Source: an uncultured Rikenella sp. (lineage in GTDB: Bacteria; Bacteroidota; Bacteroidia; Bacteroidales; VadinHA17). From it: a stretch of DNA of 64,000 bases. The stretch is from the NCBI GenBank assembly GCA_964621005.1, contig CAZUIF010000010.1:43368-107367 (forward strand). Reading direction: 5' to 3'. The position numbers and the translations under genes are program-made. Position 1 is the first letter of the stretch. Every line of letters starts with the position of its first letter. The notes under the pieces are model-generated. The model saw only the letters and a program-made list of their open reading frames with translations. It made no database searches and had not been told where the DNA came from. Below, piece by piece: positions 61,966-64,000 of the stretch.

Positions 61966-62790
61966 ATGTACTTCGCATCGAACATAAAATTTTTGAGAAA
62001 GCGCAGGGGACGCACCCAGGATGATGTGGCATCGGCCCTGCAGATGAAGCGGCCAACACTCAGCGGCTATGAGAACGGTGTGGCACAGCCCGGCATAGAG
62101 GCACTGGTGGCCTTCTCGGGCTACTTCAACATCTCGCTTGACACCCTTCTCAAGATTGACATTACCCGTCTCTCGGAGAGCCAGCTGGGCGAGCTGGAGA
62201 GGGGATATGACGCGTATATAAAAGGAAGTAACCTCAGGGTACTGTCAACAACTGTAGCCCCTGACAACCGTGAGAACATAGAACTTGTCAGCGAGAAGGC
62301 CAAGGCAGGCTATACAACCGGCTATGCAGACCCGGAGTTCATCGGCGACCTCCCCCTGTTCAACCTGCCGTTCCTTTCGCCAAACCGCAAATACCGCACC
62401 TTCCAGCTAAAGGGTGATTCAATGCTGCCAATACCCGACAGATCGTGGGTCACCGGAGAATTCCTGCAGGACTGGCATGACATCAGGAGCGGACAGGCAT
62501 ATATAATCCTTACATCCAATGACGGTATCGTATTCAAGGTGGTGGAGAACAACATCGAAAAGAGCGGCCGCCTGGTGCTCTATTCCCTGAACCCTCTGTA
62601 TGAACCCTATGAGGTCCATGTCAGCGACGTGAGGGAGATATGGAAGTTTGTCCATTACATAAGCGATGAGCTGCCGGAACCGGTGCTTCCCGAGAAGCAG
62701 CTTCTCCGGACTGTCGCCTCCATGAAGCAGGACCTGTACCAGCTCAAGAAGAGCATGGGACGCGACATCGAGGATGCAAAAGAGTTGTAA
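61966..62790 (+). CDS. XRE-HTH + S24 peptidase repressor (non-canonical LexA-like)
   Basis: N-terminal XRE HTH; Ala-Gly site AKAGY; catalytic GDSM serine and VFK lysine. Confidence 0.88.
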   Translation: MYFASNIKFLRKRRGRTQDDVASALQMKRPTLSGYENGVAQPGIEALVAFSGYFNISLDTLLKIDITRLSESQLGELERGYDAYIKGSNLRVLSTTVAPDNRENIELVSEKAKAGYTTGYADPEFIGDLPLFNLPFLSPNRKYRTFQLKGDSMLPIPDRSWVTGEFLQDWHDIRSGQAYIILTSNDGIVFKVVENNIEKSGRLVLYSLNPLYEPYEVHVSDVREIWKFVHYISDELPEPVLPEKQLLRTVASMKQDLYQLKKSMGRDIEDAKEL

Positions 62791-62873
62791 AAATAGGTCC
62801 CGGCACCTGTTTATAGCACGATATTTGCAGCTTTACAGGTGTCCTGAAAACATTGACCCAAAACGATGCTGCC

Positions 62874-64000
62874 ATGAAGAAAGCTGCCATTCTCCTGATT
62901 GTCTTTTTGCTGCCGGCCTGCGGTGTGGCATTCAGCCAGATACAGGTCAGTATCAAAGCAAGGAACCGCATCACAGGTGACACGGTTACCATAAGAAGCG
63001 TCACACGGTCGCGCGGATTGCTTGCTGTTCAGACAGATCCTGATCCGCGGACGGGAAAACCTGTCAGCATCCTTTATACCGATCTCAGAAATTACCGGTA
63101 TATCCCTGACAACATTGAATCACTGTGGCAACAGAATATGCTCGAATCAGGTGTATATGAAAATATCCTGAAATCGGGTTACAGCTATGACATCCGGTAT
63201 AACATGGAGGAAATGATGAAGGAGTACCTGAGCCAGGCAGAAAAGAATAATTCCTTCTTTATAGACAGCTACCTTGAGGCCCGTCTTTATGCAATACTCA
63301 GGAAGGTCTATCCGGTCAGGCATACTGACAGGCGTCCCGGTCTGCTGAGCCTCAGGATTTTATCCGATATAACACCTGATGCCTGGGTAGGTCCGGATGG
63401 TACCATGATAATTTCAACCGGTATGATCGCGGCCCTGAACAGCGAGGAAGAGCTCATGGCGCTGATGGCCCAGGAGGTGGCACATTTTGCTCTTGATCAT
63501 CACCTTGCCAATTACAGAAGTACGCTGAATACAGGAGTGGTACCTTCCCTTGGTAACCTTATAAGGTACAGTACGGAACAGGAACTGGAAGCTGACAGAT
63601 TTGCCTTCAATGTACTGGTAATGTACGGTTTGAATCCATCTGTACTGGGTTCCATGCTCAACAGTGTCATTGCTTCCGGCGATCTGACGGGTAATTACTA
63701 CCTCGGGACTGCCACGGGATTCTTTCCTGATGCGGCCACCAGGGCAGTTTCATACTCCGGCAAAGTATCTGAGATATCAGCCGATTATGACAGGCTGATT
63801 GCTCCTGTAATCTCCTACAATGCCTACAGCGCTTATAACCAGTCACAGTACCTCCTCTGCCGTCGGATGCTGGAAAGAAATATAGCCACCGGGATGACAT
63901 CTGCCGATGAAATGGTGCTTCTCTCACAGGCAATGATGAATCTTTCTGGATCAGTTGCTGAGGATGAGAAGGCGCTGGCTGTGATCCGTACAGTTACGGA
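62874..64000 (+). CDS. Exported M48-family metallopeptidase-like protein, truncated by window end (not in the ORF track)
   Basis: Manually translated: MKKAAILL...AFS-Q signal; IISTGMIAALNSEEELMALMAQEVAH; YSTEQELEAD; open to the window end. Confidence 0.8.
   Translation, partial: MKKAAILLIVFLLPACGVAFSQIQVSIKARNRITGDTVTIRSVTRSRGLLAVQTDPDPRTGKPVSILYTDLRNYRYIPDNIESLWQQNMLESGVYENILKSGYSYDIRYNMEEMMKEYLSQAEKNNSFFIDSYLEARLYAILRKVYPVRHTDRRPGLLSLRILSDITPDAWVGPDGTMIISTGMIAALNSEEELMALMAQEVAHFALDHHLANYRSTLNTGVVPSLGNLIRYSTEQELEADRFAFNVLVMYGLNPSVLGSMLNSVIASGDLTGNYYLGTATGFFPDAATRAVSYSGKVSEISADYDRLIAPVISYNAYSAYNQSQYLLCRRMLERNIATGMTSADEMVLLSQAMMNLSGSVAEDEKALAVIRTVT

Overview
A mostly housekeeping segment of a Bacteroidota (Bacteroidales-like, anaerobic) chromosome, roughly 50% GC. 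The assignment is inferred from gene content, TAnnTTTG promoters and Gln-after-signal-peptide exports. Core genes: secA 3' end, ligA, argS, ffh, folD, aroE, truA, queA, rarA, pyrK-pyrD, rnpB, tRNA-Lys(TTT), an 11-subunit complex I operon without nuoEFG, and pta-ackA-ptb-ptb-buk. No CRISPR array, transposase or prophage was seen. Four things stand out. (1) An AmmeMemoRadiSam operon whose AmrB-AmrA fusion has a Sec-type signal and whose radical SAM enzyme has a Tat-type signal, surrounding a large membrane protein (His-containing membrane module plus spermidine-synthase-like domain); this points to an envelope rather than cytoplasmic RNA role. (2) Six ~100-115 bp miniature elements with inverted arms of the heptamer (T/C/G)AGGCA(A/T/G) around a core; they abut or supply neighbouring stop codons and bracket both genes of a dinB-dnaE2 cassette. 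(3) A ~25% GC intergenic region with six phased TTAC-N4-GTAA palindromes upstream of an XRE gene. (4) A non-canonical LexA-like repressor with two tandem TGATTA-N5-TAATCA boxes facing dinB-dnaE2. All calls are by-eye motif recognition; no database searches were run.
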